Origin: Thermoplasmatota archaeon
Lineage (GTDB): Archaea > Thermoplasmatota > Penumbrarchaeia > Penumbrarchaeales > Penumbrarchaeaceae
Reading direction: 5' to 3'
Length of the DNA stretch: 64,000 nucleotides
Assembly: GCA_046483845.1 (NCBI GenBank)
Contig: JAWOCK010000038.1
Coordinates: forward strand, 355-64,354
The notes under the pieces are model-generated. The model was not told where the DNA came from, ran no database searches, and saw only the letters and a list, made by a program, of their open reading frames with translations. The position numbers and the translations under genes were made by a program. Shown piece by piece: positions 37,034 to 46,964 of this stretch. Positions within the stretch are counted from its first letter, which is position 1, and every line of letters starts with the position of its first letter.

Positions 37034-39337
37034 ATGAAAGGCTGGGTGCTGGACATAGGTCCGGACCACAAGAGGGACCTCATGGACCTCTGGATAGTGG
37101 AGGAGAACGGCAAACGGACCATGCTCTCCCACTGGTACTATCCGTCCATAACAGTTTCCGGCAGTGTATCCGACCTCAAGGAGCTTGAGATCTTCCTCTC
37201 GGACAAGAAGGAGATCAAAAGCATCGAAAAGGGGGAAAAAAACCTGGACATCCTTGACAAACATCCCAGAAGATACCTGAAGCTCGAGCTCTCCCGCTAC
37301 AGGTCCACGACCGACCTCGCGCAGGAGATCGAAGCTTTCGGAAAGTACAAGCGCTACACCCTCTACGATGTCGATCTCAGGCTCCCCACCCGATACATGT
37401 ACGAGCACGGCCTCCACCCGCTCGCACACACGGAGATAACAGGGGAATACAGACTGCTCGGGGACCGGGACTGGAGCAGCGAACCGCTGCCACCGCTGAG
37501 AGCATCCGTCCTCCGCGTTGCGCCGGATCGGAAAGGGGCCGCGCCGAGGATGACCGATCCGATACGGTCGGTCCGTCTCGGAGAATGGTCCATGGAGCGG
37601 GAGCCGGAGGATGCCATGATCATCTCCCTGGTCCGGGAGATGAAGAAGAGGGACCCCGACATCGTTGCCACCTTCGGAGGCGACACCTTCGTGCTCCCCT
37701 ACCTCCACGAGAGGGCCAGGGTCAATGACATGCTCCCCGCATTGAAACTGAACAGGACCGACGATCCATTCAAAGCACCGTCCAGGTCCGGTCGATCGTA
37801 CTTCTCCTATGGCGTCGTCCGCTACAAAGCACCTTACCATCCCCTGAAGGGCAGGATCCACCTGGACCTGGAGAACTCGTTCCTCTTGAGGGAAGGCGGT
37901 CTCGTGGGTCTATCCACACTCTCCAAGATGTCAATGCTCCCGCTCCAGACCATGGCAAGGCTCTCTCCGGGCTCAGCCATATCCTACATGGAGATAGTGG
38001 AGGCCATGAGGAGAGGACACTCGGTGAGATGGAAGAAGAACGTTCCCGAAGGCTGGAAGTCCGCGGTGGAGCTTTCCAGATCGGACAGGGGAGGGCACAT
38101 CTTCGACCCCATGGTCGGGGCCTTCTCCGATGTGATGGAAATGGATTTCTCATCGTTCTATCCGCATATAATGTGGAAGAAGAACCTGTCCGTGGAGACA
38201 CTCGACTGCGGGTGCTGCCCCAACAGCCGGAACAGGGCACCCGGACTGGATTACCGCTTCTGCGAAAAGGAGCAGGGTTTGATCCCTTCCGTGGTTGGAG
38301 ACTTACTGAAAAAAAGGCTCGGCTACAAGAGAAGTTACAAGGAAGGAGCGGTGGTCGGCGCATTCGAGAGGGAGAGAGAACTCGGACCGCTGAGGCCCCC
38401 GGAAGGGCCTGGCAGGTTCCAGCAGGCCTCCAATACACTGAAGTGGGTACTGGTAACCTGCTTCGGCTATACCGGCTACAAGAACGCCAGGTTCGGAAGG
38501 ATAGAGGTGCATGAATCCATCACCGCATACGCCAGGGAGCTGATACTGAGGGCAAAGGACCTTGTGGAGAAGAACGGTTTCAGGCTGCTCCACGGAATAG
38601 TGGATTCCATGTGGATGACGGGCCCCAGGGAGAAGGCCGAAGAGGTCGCATCGGTCGCCGGGAAGGAGATAGGCATACCCATCGGGATAGATGCCGTGTA
38701 CAAATGGCTCGTTTTCCTGCCCAACAAGACAAACGGTGCGGGGGCCCTGAACCGCTACTACGGTCTCAAGGAGAGCGGCGAGATGAAGTTCAGGGGGATC
38801 GAGTGCAGGCAGAGGTCCACACCCACCTTCATAGCGAAGGCCCAGGAGGAGATGATAGGGGCGCTTTCAGGCGCAGAGAGCGCCGGGGAGATACAGGAAC
38901 ATCTCCCCGATGCCTTCGAGGTGATCAGAAGATGGGGCAGGATGCTACTGGACCGGGAGGTGGACCCCGGTGACCTGGCGATAACGATACGGGCCTCCAG
39001 GTCTCTGGACGAGTATACCACCAGGTCCGAGCACGTTTCGGCGATGAACCTGCTGAAGAGGGAAGGGGTGGACATCAAGGGAGGTCAGAAGGTCCGTTTC
39101 GTTGTTCTGGACCATAAAGCGAAGCATCACGAGAACAGGGTGGCGCTGATACGGGAGGACACGAACGACGCCAACTATGATGTTCAGAGATATCTCCGGC
39201 TCACCGCAAGGGCAATGGGGAGCGCCCTTGCGGTCTTCGGGATCGACGAGGACCACTGCCTGAAGATACTGAAGGGAGTGGAGCAAAAAGGGCTCGACGA
39301 GTACGGACAGGGTAGGGTTTTGGGAAAACATAGATAA
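37034..39337 (+). CDS. polB2: Family B DNA polymerase, PolB2 group
   Basis: Motif A DFSSFYP; motif B variant LKWVLVTCFGYTGY; motif C variant HGIVDS; NRYYG, KFRGIE; CGCC...C insert; no recognisable proofreading motifs. Confidence 0.9.
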   Translation: MKGWVLDIGPDHKRDLMDLWIVEENGKRTMLSHWYYPSITVSGSVSDLKELEIFLSDKKEIKSIEKGEKNLDILDKHPRRYLKLELSRYRSTTDLAQEIEAFGKYKRYTLYDVDLRLPTRYMYEHGLHPLAHTEITGEYRLLGDRDWSSEPLPPLRASVLRVAPDRKGAAPRMTDPIRSVRLGEWSMEREPEDAMIISLVREMKKRDPDIVATFGGDTFVLPYLHERARVNDMLPALKLNRTDDPFKAPSRSGRSYFSYGVVRYKAPYHPLKGRIHLDLENSFLLREGGLVGLSTLSKMSMLPLQTMARLSPGSAISYMEIVEAMRRGHSVRWKKNVPEGWKSAVELSRSDRGGHIFDPMVGAFSDVMEMDFSSFYPHIMWKKNLSVETLDCGCCPNSRNRAPGLDYRFCEKEQGLIPSVVGDLLKKRLGYKRSYKEGAVVGAFERERELGPLRPPEGPGRFQQASNTLKWVLVTCFGYTGYKNARFGRIEVHESITAYARELILRAKDLVEKNGFRLLHGIVDSMWMTGPREKAEEVASVAGKEIGIPIGIDAVYKWLVFLPNKTNGAGALNRYYGLKESGEMKFRGIECRQRSTPTFIAKAQEEMIGALSGAESAGEIQEHLPDAFEVIRRWGRMLLDREVDPGDLAITIRASRSLDEYTTRSEHVSAMNLLKREGVDIKGGQKVRFVVLDHKAKHHENRVALIREDTNDANYDVQRYLRLTARAMGSALAVFGIDEDHCLKILKGVEQKGLDEYGQGRVLGKHR

Positions 39338-39369
39338 GGACCGTATGGAATGTATGAGAAGGAGACACG

Positions 39370-39861
39370 ATGAGAACCCTTGTGGTCTACTACTCCCTTG
39401 AAGGGAACACGGAATGCATTGCCAAGGCGGTGGCCAGCAGGATCGATGCGGACATCGAAAGGCTGGAAACCAAGAAGAAGATAAAGGCGGACGAGTTCAT
39501 GAACTACTACTGGGGAGGCAAAAAGGACCGCCCCAGCAAGAAGGTTCCCCTGAAGGGACAGAGATATGACCCCAATGAATATGATCTGATCTTCATCGGG
39601 ACCCCCGTCTGGGCATGGGCTCCCGCTCCCCCGATCTACAGCTACATCACGGACAGAAATATCAGGGGAAGAAACATAGCTCTCTTCTCCTGCTCCGAGG
39701 GGGACCCGGGAAAGACCTGCAATAAATTGAAAAGATCACTTGAAGATAAGAACGATATCATTGCCATGAAGGATTTCGTTAACCCGGTGGAAAATGAAAC
39801 CTGCGACCTCGAAGCGGGCAAATGGGCAGAGAAGGTCCTTAAGCAAAAGCTTTCTAGTTAG
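39370..39861 (+). CDS. Flavodoxin family protein
   Basis: VVYYSLEGNT, YDLIFIGTPVW. Confidence 0.9.
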   Translation: MRTLVVYYSLEGNTECIAKAVASRIDADIERLETKKKIKADEFMNYYWGGKKDRPSKKVPLKGQRYDPNEYDLIFIGTPVWAWAPAPPIYSYITDRNIRGRNIALFSCSEGDPGKTCNKLKRSLEDKNDIIAMKDFVNPVENETCDLEAGKWAEKVLKQKLSS

Positions 39862-39879
39862 AGCCGCATTATGTTCCGT

Positions 39880-40377
39880 ATGAAGGTGCTTGTGGTCTAC
39901 TATTCACTCGACGGCAACACCGAATATATTGCAAAAAGGGTGGCAAGGACCTCCGGCGGGGACATCCAGAGATTGGAGCTGCAGAAGGAGCCACCTTCCA
40001 ACAAGCTGGGGAGGTTCATGTGGTGCGGATGGCACGCCATGTTGGGTGCCAAACCGTCTTTGAAGGAACTGACCAGGGACCCCGGCGAATATGATATGGT
40101 GTTCGTGGGCTCCCCGGTCTGGGCATATACGGTGGCGCCTCCCGTAGCATCCTTTCTTGAGAACACGGACCTGACCGATAAGAAGGTCGCCCTCTTTGCG
40201 ACCTGCAACGGAAATGAGGGGAGCACATTCGAGAAGATGAGATCGGCCAACAACGGAGGTCAGGTACTGGGCCACTGCTCCTTCATGAAGGTGCTCAAGG
40301 AGACACCGATGAGGAAGGCCGCCGAGGCCGTCAAATGGACCAAACACATAGTGGACACATATGACAAAGAGAATTAG
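39880..40377 (+). CDS. Flavodoxin family protein (tandem paralogue)
   Basis: VVYYSLDGNT, YDMVFVGSPVW. Confidence 0.9.
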   Translation: MKVLVVYYSLDGNTEYIAKRVARTSGGDIQRLELQKEPPSNKLGRFMWCGWHAMLGAKPSLKELTRDPGEYDMVFVGSPVWAYTVAPPVASFLENTDLTDKKVALFATCNGNEGSTFEKMRSANNGGQVLGHCSFMKVLKETPMRKAAEAVKWTKHIVDTYDKEN

Positions 40378-40397
40378 CATTGCTCAAGGGGGATCGA

Positions 40398-40967
40398 ATG
40401 GAGTTCGATGAGGTGGTCGAGAAGAGAATGTCCTACCGTGCCCTGCGGGAGGTTGAGATAACGGATGAAATGGTGGAGGAGATGATGAAAGCGGCATCCC
40501 TTTCACCATCCTGCAGCAACAAGCAGCCCTGGAGATTCATATTCGTGAGGGAAAAGAAACAACTGGAGGGGGTCTACGATTCTCTGAGCGGGGGCAACTT
40601 CTGGGCGAAGTGGGGCTCCATGATGATCGCTGTCGTTACCAAAAGCGATCTCGACTGCAATACTAATGATATGCATTACGCCCATTTCGATACCGGAATG
40701 GCAACAGCATTCCTTCTTCTCAAGGCCACTGACCTTCGCCTCGTGACACATCCAATGGCCGGATTCGACAAGGATGAAGCAAAGAAGGCATTGGATATCC
40801 CGAAGGATTGGGAACTGATAACATTGATAGCGGTTGGGAGCAAGAATGACGATCTCAGCGGCCTCAAGGACTGGCAGAAGGATGCCGAGAAGGTCAGGAA
40901 CAAGAGGAAGGAACTCCAGGAGATGGGGTTTTTGGAATCCTTCCAGATAGAAAAAGAGGAGCAATAA
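40398..40967 (+). CDS. Nitroreductase family protein
   Basis: KRMSYR, SPSCSNKQPWRF, THPMAGFD. Confidence 0.9.
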   Translation: MEFDEVVEKRMSYRALREVEITDEMVEEMMKAASLSPSCSNKQPWRFIFVREKKQLEGVYDSLSGGNFWAKWGSMMIAVVTKSDLDCNTNDMHYAHFDTGMATAFLLLKATDLRLVTHPMAGFDKDEAKKALDIPKDWELITLIAVGSKNDDLSGLKDWQKDAEKVRNKRKELQEMGFLESFQIEKEEQ

Positions 40968-40971
40968 TGAA

Positions 40972-41856
40972 ATGACAGGGGACCTTTTCGACCATTACAA
41001 AAGATGCGTGGATTTCATAAAAGGGGACCTTTCCAGATTTGGGTATCTGGGGGTCATGAACCTGCTGGTGATGTATATCTTCTTCTTCATGTACCAGTTC
41101 GTCGCCATTTTCATCAGTTTTTTCATTTTCATACCGATCATCATCCTGTCGATCGGATTCGTCCTCTTGATGGAGGGGGTGCTGGGCATTGTTATTGGGA
41201 TATTTTTGATAATACTGGGCGGGATCCTTCTACTTGCCATAATCGCACTTTTCATCGCCACGATCGTAATTATGTGGGCTGTCATTGGCGGATTGAACAT
41301 TTTCATCTCGGAGAAACTGCACTCCATGGGTGATGGTAAGAAGATCATACTTACGAAGCTGCTTAGAGAAGCCTACGACAGGAAAAAGGAACTTGCCGAA
41401 AAAGGAGTCAAATTGATGCTTGCCTATCTCCTGGTGTCCATGCCCGTTACGCTTTTCATCATTCTGCTCTCATTCGGCATGATGATGGTCATGTTCCTTG
41501 CTCTTCCAGCGATGGCCATGGATCCTTTTGTAGCAACCCCCGTTATCCTGATAATGATCCTCGTTTTTTCACTGATCGCGGTCTTGATCTATCCGGTTTT
41601 TTTCGTATTGATGTTCTTCCAGGACATGACAGCGATCCAGATGGCAGATGGAAAAGATGTCAAAGAAGCGGCCTGGACGAGCCTACGGACCATAAGGCGC
41701 AGCAAAAAAGGTGTATTACTCTACTGTCTGGGATTGTTCTTCATCATACTTGCAATGAACTTCCTGTTCCCGCTTGCCATTCTCGCCCAGGGATTCCTTA
41801 CCATTGTATCCAAATCATTCATAATGGCAAATCCAGAACTTTTCAATGAAGAGTGA
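40972..41856 (+). CDS. Hypothetical multi-pass membrane protein
   Basis: Long hydrophobic segments; follows the nitroreductase gene after 4 bp. Confidence 0.7.
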   Translation: MTGDLFDHYKRCVDFIKGDLSRFGYLGVMNLLVMYIFFFMYQFVAIFISFFIFIPIIILSIGFVLLMEGVLGIVIGIFLIILGGILLLAIIALFIATIVIMWAVIGGLNIFISEKLHSMGDGKKIILTKLLREAYDRKKELAEKGVKLMLAYLLVSMPVTLFIILLSFGMMMVMFLALPAMAMDPFVATPVILIMILVFSLIAVLIYPVFFVLMFFQDMTAIQMADGKDVKEAAWTSLRTIRRSKKGVLLYCLGLFFIILAMNFLFPLAILAQGFLTIVSKSFIMANPELFNEE

Positions 41857-43038
41857 TCATCTGGATGCCTTTTCCAGGACCCTTGCCTTCGAAAGGAGCA
41901 TGTTGCCGTTGAAATTGCAGCTGCCGATCTTTATGAGTTCCTTGTTGATGAATATCCTGTTCTTCAGATAGACGTAGAACTTCCCGCCTTCTTCCATCAA
42001 TATGACCTTCTTTTTCAGGACATTGCCTTCAAGGTATCTCCTCGCACTTTCTTCATCGGATACGGATATTCCCTGCAAACCTATGGTCCTGCCATCTTCA
42101 AGTTCCAGCCTTAGACCATCATGGACATTGATAACCTTGAAGAGATCGGGGACAACATCATCCCCAGTATCCTTGAGCGGTTCTATATCCGGAATTCCCA
42201 AAACATAATCACTTTCCGGTATATCGAACGGTAATTCCCTTTTTTCAAGGTCCAATTCTAAACCTTCTTTTCCCATCTTTTTCTTTTGCAGTTCAATGAA
42301 ATCCCCGCTAATCTCGTAACCTATGCAGTTCCTTTCCAGTTTACCGGATGCCAGGGCAGTTGTTCCGCTGCCGAGGAATGGGTCCAGGACTGTCTCTCCC
42401 TTAAAGGTGTACATCTTTATCAACCTGGAAGGGAGCTCCTCCGGGAACATTGCCTCATGTCCTGATTGTCTTGTACCGCCGAAGTTCCAGTGGGAAAGGA
42501 AAAGCTCCTTCCACTCTTCCTTGGAGAGCTTTGAAGCCTCCTTCAGTTCCTTGTCGAACTTCTTTATCCTGCCAGGTTTCTTGAAGATGAGAATATACTC
42601 GTAATCGATCTCGACAATGCCGTTCGGAGGATATGGATAGGATCCCATTACCGCCGCTCCACCGGTGCTATTTATCGTTGTTTTTTTGTTCCAGATTATG
42701 GATCCCATGAAATCGAAGCCTATCTTTTCCATTTGAACTATTATCTCCGCATGCAGGGGAACTATCTTGTACCTTCCGTAGACCTTCGATCTCAGGAACT
42801 GATCCCCTATGTTGATGCAGGCTTTCCTTCCGGGTTCCAGAACCCTGAAGGTCTCCTTCCATACGGAGTACAGGTCCTTCAGGTATCCATGAAGTGATTG
42901 CCCGTATCCTATCTGTCCCCGGGCACCATAATCCTTGATATGCCAGTAGGGTGGGGATGTTACCATGAGCTGTATGGAGCTGTCCTCGATCTCCTTCATT
43001 GATCTTGAATCGCCCTGGATCACCCTGGAAAATGACAT
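41857..43038 (-). CDS. Beta-class N4/N6 DNA methyltransferase with C-terminal thermonuclease-like domain
   Basis: Motif IV TSPPY precedes motif I VLDPFLGSGTT; HEAMFPEELP; tail KVINVHDG...IGLQGI...YVYLKNRIFINKELIKIG. Confidence 0.88.
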   Translation of the reverse strand: MSFSRVIQGDSRSMKEIEDSSIQLMVTSPPYWHIKDYGARGQIGYGQSLHGYLKDLYSVWKETFRVLEPGRKACINIGDQFLRSKVYGRYKIVPLHAEIIVQMEKIGFDFMGSIIWNKKTTINSTGGAAVMGSYPYPPNGIVEIDYEYILIFKKPGRIKKFDKELKEASKLSKEEWKELFLSHWNFGGTRQSGHEAMFPEELPSRLIKMYTFKGETVLDPFLGSGTTALASGKLERNCIGYEISGDFIELQKKKMGKEGLELDLEKRELPFDIPESDYVLGIPDIEPLKDTGDDVVPDLFKVINVHDGLRLELEDGRTIGLQGISVSDEESARRYLEGNVLKKKVILMEEGGKFYVYLKNRIFINKELIKIGSCNFNGNMLLSKARVLEKASR

Positions 43039-43122
43039 AGGTCTTCTTTGAACGCCGCATCGCTAGATAATCCTATCGATTACAAAGAAAGACTGATAGA
43101 TTTGAATATCCATGACCCTGCA

Positions 43123-44178
43123 ATGGGGAGTTCAACAACCAGCCAATCAACGGCACTTCTTTCGTTTCCTTTACTGCTGTTATTGATGACCGTTGGATGG
43201 CTGTATATGAGAAAGGGGATGAGGTTTGGTTCGTTCGGATGGGGCGACTGGCTGCTCTTTTTTTCAACCCTGGTTATTGTCCCGGTTCTTATGTACATCT
43301 GCTCGAGAAAGGACAGGTTTGGATGGACGGATGTAATGCTTTTCGATCTTTTTGCGGGTGTGTACTTTCCAATATTTATACTAAATGCACTTGAAGGACT
43401 GAACGAACTGGTCCGGGAAAACGGGGATCCTGCAGTATTCGGAACTTCGGAACTTATCATGCTGACAGGACTTGCATTCATACCGACCATCCTATCCGTA
43501 TCTTTAATAATGTTCTTTGCCGAAAGGGACCCCGTCTTCAAAGATGGCAAGCTCTTCCTTCCCATCTCCTTCTGGGAAGAGAAGATGAAGGACGAAGAGA
43601 GAATGATATATCCTCAGGATATTAGAGGGATCTATCCAAGGTGGATGGCCTTTCCTGAAAAGAGTAAATGGCCTAAACAACCCGAGTATCATGCAAAAGG
43701 GATATTCGGATACGGGATCCGTATCAAAGATGGCAGGAGATTTGGCTATTCCCTCTTCTCGAGAGCGGTCCTTAAGAAGGACCTTCTGGAATTTCTGGGT
43801 GAAAAGGAGTTTAAAAGGATCAGGAAGGACCATGCTGTGCTAACCGATGAGGAATGGCGGTATCTGAAACGAAGGGGGTCCCACTGGTATACAAACCTGG
43901 ATTCGCCTCTCCTGCATTTCATCTTGTTCAATGTCGCTGTTCTCTTCATCACGATGGGAATAGTGACAATGATGCAGGATTCAATTCTAATGCCCCCCCT
44001 TTTGATCTTCATTCTTGCAGGTACATTCTTCCCCTCAATGATCCTTTTTCTGAGGGGCATGGAGGATCACAACTTTTACAAAGGGACCATATTCAGGATG
44101 AAGGATAGAGAGGAAAAACTTCCCGATTGGCTGATCATCAGGTCAAACCAGCTTTCCACTGATAAAGATAATAGATGA
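43123..44178 (+). CDS. Hypothetical membrane protein
   Basis: About 6 TM segments around a soluble insert; start uncertain (ORF open from 43048). Confidence 0.6.
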   Translation: MGSSTTSQSTALLSFPLLLLLMTVGWLYMRKGMRFGSFGWGDWLLFFSTLVIVPVLMYICSRKDRFGWTDVMLFDLFAGVYFPIFILNALEGLNELVRENGDPAVFGTSELIMLTGLAFIPTILSVSLIMFFAERDPVFKDGKLFLPISFWEEKMKDEERMIYPQDIRGIYPRWMAFPEKSKWPKQPEYHAKGIFGYGIRIKDGRRFGYSLFSRAVLKKDLLEFLGEKEFKRIRKDHAVLTDEEWRYLKRRGSHWYTNLDSPLLHFILFNVAVLFITMGIVTMMQDSILMPPLLIFILAGTFFPSMILFLRGMEDHNFYKGTIFRMKDREEKLPDWLIIRSNQLSTDKDNR

Positions 44179-44820
44179 TCATTTTGAGATGACGCGTGGT
44201 CTTGTTAGAAGGTAGGAGATCGGACCCAGAAGAGGCACCAGTGCATAGACCCAGAATATCTTTCTTCCTCCCCAGCCCCTGCGCCGCATATCATCCCGCA
44301 TGAAGAAGGGGGACAGAATAGTTAGCGCAAGAAGATCTAGAGTCATTATATGGACCAGGGAGCTGCTCGAGAAGAGATCGAGATATTCAGATGGATCCCC
44401 CATACCTATTCCATAGGCGAGCAGCAAAACCGCAGCTATCTTTAGAAAAAGAGCATAGATGCGGGAATCAAGGATACGAAGCAGTATACCGGAATCCCTG
44501 GTCCGGTCCCTCATGGGTCTCCTTAGACCAGCATACAGAAGGAGGGAAAATGCTCCGCTGAAAAATGATGCGATCACAAAGGGCCAGGAAGGCAGCTTTC
44601 CCTTATTGTCCTCAAAAAGCAGCACCCCAGCGTAGACCATGGGCCAGATGCCCATTATGTTGAATACCATGAAGAGCAAGGGCTCCATACCAAAAGGGTC
44701 CGTGATGACATCCCCGGCAAGTTCCATGGACCCTTGGAGATCCCCTGGAGCAAATAGGATAGAATAAAGCAGAAGTGCAGCCCATACTATCAGGAAGAGC
44801 CTGTTCCATCTCCAGACCAT
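44179..44820 (-). CDS. DUF2834-like membrane protein
   Basis: FNIMGIWP, PSWPF..SFFSGAFSLLLY, VHIMTLD, DDMRRRG, VPLLGP..YL..RP. Confidence 0.65.
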   Translation of the reverse strand: MVWRWNRLFLIVWAALLLYSILFAPGDLQGSMELAGDVITDPFGMEPLLFMVFNIMGIWPMVYAGVLLFEDNKGKLPSWPFVIASFFSGAFSLLLYAGLRRPMRDRTRDSGILLRILDSRIYALFLKIAAVLLLAYGIGMGDPSEYLDLFSSSSLVHIMTLDLLALTILSPFFMRDDMRRRGWGGRKIFWVYALVPLLGPISYLLTRPRVISK

Positions 44821-44873
44821 GATGTCAAATGCACTTACTGCTTATTGAATTGTCACCTGAACTATCAGGCAGG

Positions 44874-45062
44874 TCACCTGGATGTCTTCAAATAGTTCTC
44901 AACGGACCTGTCGTAGGTGGCCTCGGCCTCCTTGGTGAAATAGCACCCGGGAAGCTCTCCCCTGCTCCTGTGGTAGGCAACGCATTCACAGCATTTTCCC
45001 TTCCTTGAGCATGGATACGTGCAGTTGCACCTTTGAAGATTGGCCTCTATGTTGCATTCCAT
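44874..45062 (-). CDS. Small Cys-rich protein (DUF6485-like)
   Basis: [28 protein letters not shown]...TYDRS. Confidence 0.75.
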   Translation of the reverse strand: MECNIEANLQRCNCTYPCSRKGKCCECVAYHRSRGELPGCYFTKEAEATYDRSVENYLKTSR

Positions 45063-45130
45063 GGACCACCACAGGAGGTCAATGTAGAAAAGGATTAAGG
45101 AAGCGTCCCACCATTACAGTAAAAAAGGTG

Positions 45131-45640
45131 ATGATCTTGAATGACCCCGTTCTTTCCAGAAGGAGCATAAGGAGTTACAAGGACAGAGAAATAGACAAGG
45201 AGGCCATGGAATACATCCTGACCGCAGGGGACGCTGCGGCATGTGCGAGGGGAAAGAGGTCCTGGCATTTCATCGTCATACAGGACAGGGAGCTGCTGGA
45301 CAGGATCCCCTTGTTCCATCCATATTCTAAAATGATAAGGGAAGCTCCGGCAGCCGTTCTCGTGTGTGCCCTCCCGTCCGTGGAGTCAGATGAGGGTTAC
45401 CGGGTCCAAAACTGCTCGGCGGCAACCCAGAACATGCTGATAGCTGCCAACTTGAAGGGGATCGGCTCGGTCTGGCTCGGGGTGTATCCCAACAGTGAGA
45501 GGATGGAAGGCATGAAGGAACTGCTTGGACTCTCCGATGAGAAGGTGCCATTCTCCCTGATAGTCCTGGGACACCCCAACGAGGAAAAGAGCCCCTACAC
45601 CCACTACGATCCGAAAAGGGTCTCCTTCGTGGGACCATAG
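45131..45640 (+). CDS. Nitroreductase family protein
   Basis: RRSIRSY, WHFIVI, CSAATQNMLIAA..GIGSVWLG. Confidence 0.9.
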   Translation: MILNDPVLSRRSIRSYKDREIDKEAMEYILTAGDAAACARGKRSWHFIVIQDRELLDRIPLFHPYSKMIREAPAAVLVCALPSVESDEGYRVQNCSAATQNMLIAANLKGIGSVWLGVYPNSERMEGMKELLGLSDEKVPFSLIVLGHPNEEKSPYTHYDPKRVSFVGP

Positions 45641-45692
45641 GGGACCCGTTGAATTGGAATAATTATTTTAGTATGTATCAGGTTCGACCACC

Positions 45693-46214
45693 ATGTCCAG
45701 GAAGAGGACCATAGCGGTCATTGGCAAGGGTACCCTCAGCAGGGACGACCCCCTTTACCAAACTGCCTTCGAGATAGGAAAGGCCGTCATAGATCATGGG
45801 TTCAGGTTGATCACGGGCGGCCTGGGTGGTGTCATGGAGGCGGCCTCCAAGGGAGCCAGGTCATCAAAGAGATGGAGGGACGGTGATATCATCGGAATAC
45901 TTCCGGGGGGATCGGCGGAGGATGCGAACCAGTATGTCGATGTGCCGATACCTACCGGTCTGGGGATAGCGAGGAACACCATGGTGACGAACGCTGACGG
46001 GATAATCGCGGTGGGAGGGGGTGCGGGCACGCTTTCCGAGATCGCCTTTTCCTGGCAGAAGGGAAAGCCCATCGTATCCCTCAGGGTACCGGGCTGGAGC
46101 GGAGAGCTTTCGGACCGTGCTGTTGATGATCGACATCCCGAGCGCATAATCCGGGGGGTCGATGGTGCAGAGGAGGCCGTGAAGGAATTATCGAGATCCA
46201 TGAGAGATCGATAA
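45693..46214 (+). CDS. LOG/SLOG family Rossmann-fold protein (TIGR00725-like)
   Basis: TGGLGGVMEAASKGA, GILPG, TGLGIARN, GGAGTLSE. Confidence 0.88.
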   Translation: MSRKRTIAVIGKGTLSRDDPLYQTAFEIGKAVIDHGFRLITGGLGGVMEAASKGARSSKRWRDGDIIGILPGGSAEDANQYVDVPIPTGLGIARNTMVTNADGIIAVGGGAGTLSEIAFSWQKGKPIVSLRVPGWSGELSDRAVDDRHPERIIRGVDGAEEAVKELSRSMRDR

Positions 46215-46307
46215 GAGAGGTCTTCCGGTTACAATAGGCCGTGGTGTTCCGAACCGGGTCCTGCTAATCTTAAGTATAAGTGGCACCTTGTAACATCAGG
46301 GAACTCG

Positions 46308-46916
46308 TTGGAATCCAGATACGGTCTAGTGACGGTACCTAACCTGCTTTCCGCATCCAGGATATTCTTCCTGCCCATTCTTTTCATACTCACCTTTCTG
46401 AGATATGATTTCTCTTTCCTTGCACTGTATATAGTGGTCGGCTCCACTGATTACTTCGACGGGATGGTGGCAAGGAAGCTGGACCAGACCTCCGGGTTCG
46501 GAAAGACCATAGATTCGGTGGCCGACCTCTTCTTCTACCTGGGGACCCTGGCCTTCATCTATCTTTGGTTCCCCGATATCGTGGAGGCTTTGGCCAGCAT
46601 GCTGGTCGTGTTCTTCGTCTTCTTTTTTTCATCGTTCGTGGTATCCTGGATCAAGATAGGCAAACCTATCCTCATGCACACCAGCCTTCTGAGGCTAAAT
46701 GCCGTGCTGGTCTACTTCCTGGTCATACTGTCGTTCCTGGTATACGGTCTCGGACTCGGGGAGAAAGCATACCCCGTCTACTTCGGGACCGTTATCCTTG
46801 CCATCTACATCCTCGCTTTCTCGGAGGAGATACTGATCTTCCTTTTCTACGGTGACGTGGACAGGGACACCAGGTTCATCTGGGAGCTGTGGGACACAAA
46901 CGAACATAGCAAATAG
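46308..46916 (+). CDS. CDP-alcohol phosphatidyltransferase
   Basis: VPNLLSASR; DYFDGMVARKLDQTSGFGKTIDSVAD signature. Confidence 0.9.
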   Translation: MESRYGLVTVPNLLSASRIFFLPILFILTFLRYDFSFLALYIVVGSTDYFDGMVARKLDQTSGFGKTIDSVADLFFYLGTLAFIYLWFPDIVEALASMLVVFFVFFFSSFVVSWIKIGKPILMHTSLLRLNAVLVYFLVILSFLVYGLGLGEKAYPVYFGTVILAIYILAFSEEILIFLFYGDVDRDTRFIWELWDTNEHSK

Positions 46917-46964
46917 GAGTGCCTGTTTTGGACCTTCCTAACAAACGGGAAAGGGTGATGGCTC

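Noticed and set aside
37034..39337. PolB as marker of a casposon, virus or pipolin
   Set aside because: Motifs are those of cellular PolB2; no Cas1, integrase, capsid gene or terminal repeats nearby.
39859..39880. In-frame TAG between the tandem flavodoxins (possible pyrrolysine readthrough)
   Set aside because: TAG ends many genes in this segment (cbf5, aminopeptidase P, polB2, pyk), both domains are complete with their own starts, and no pyl genes are in view.
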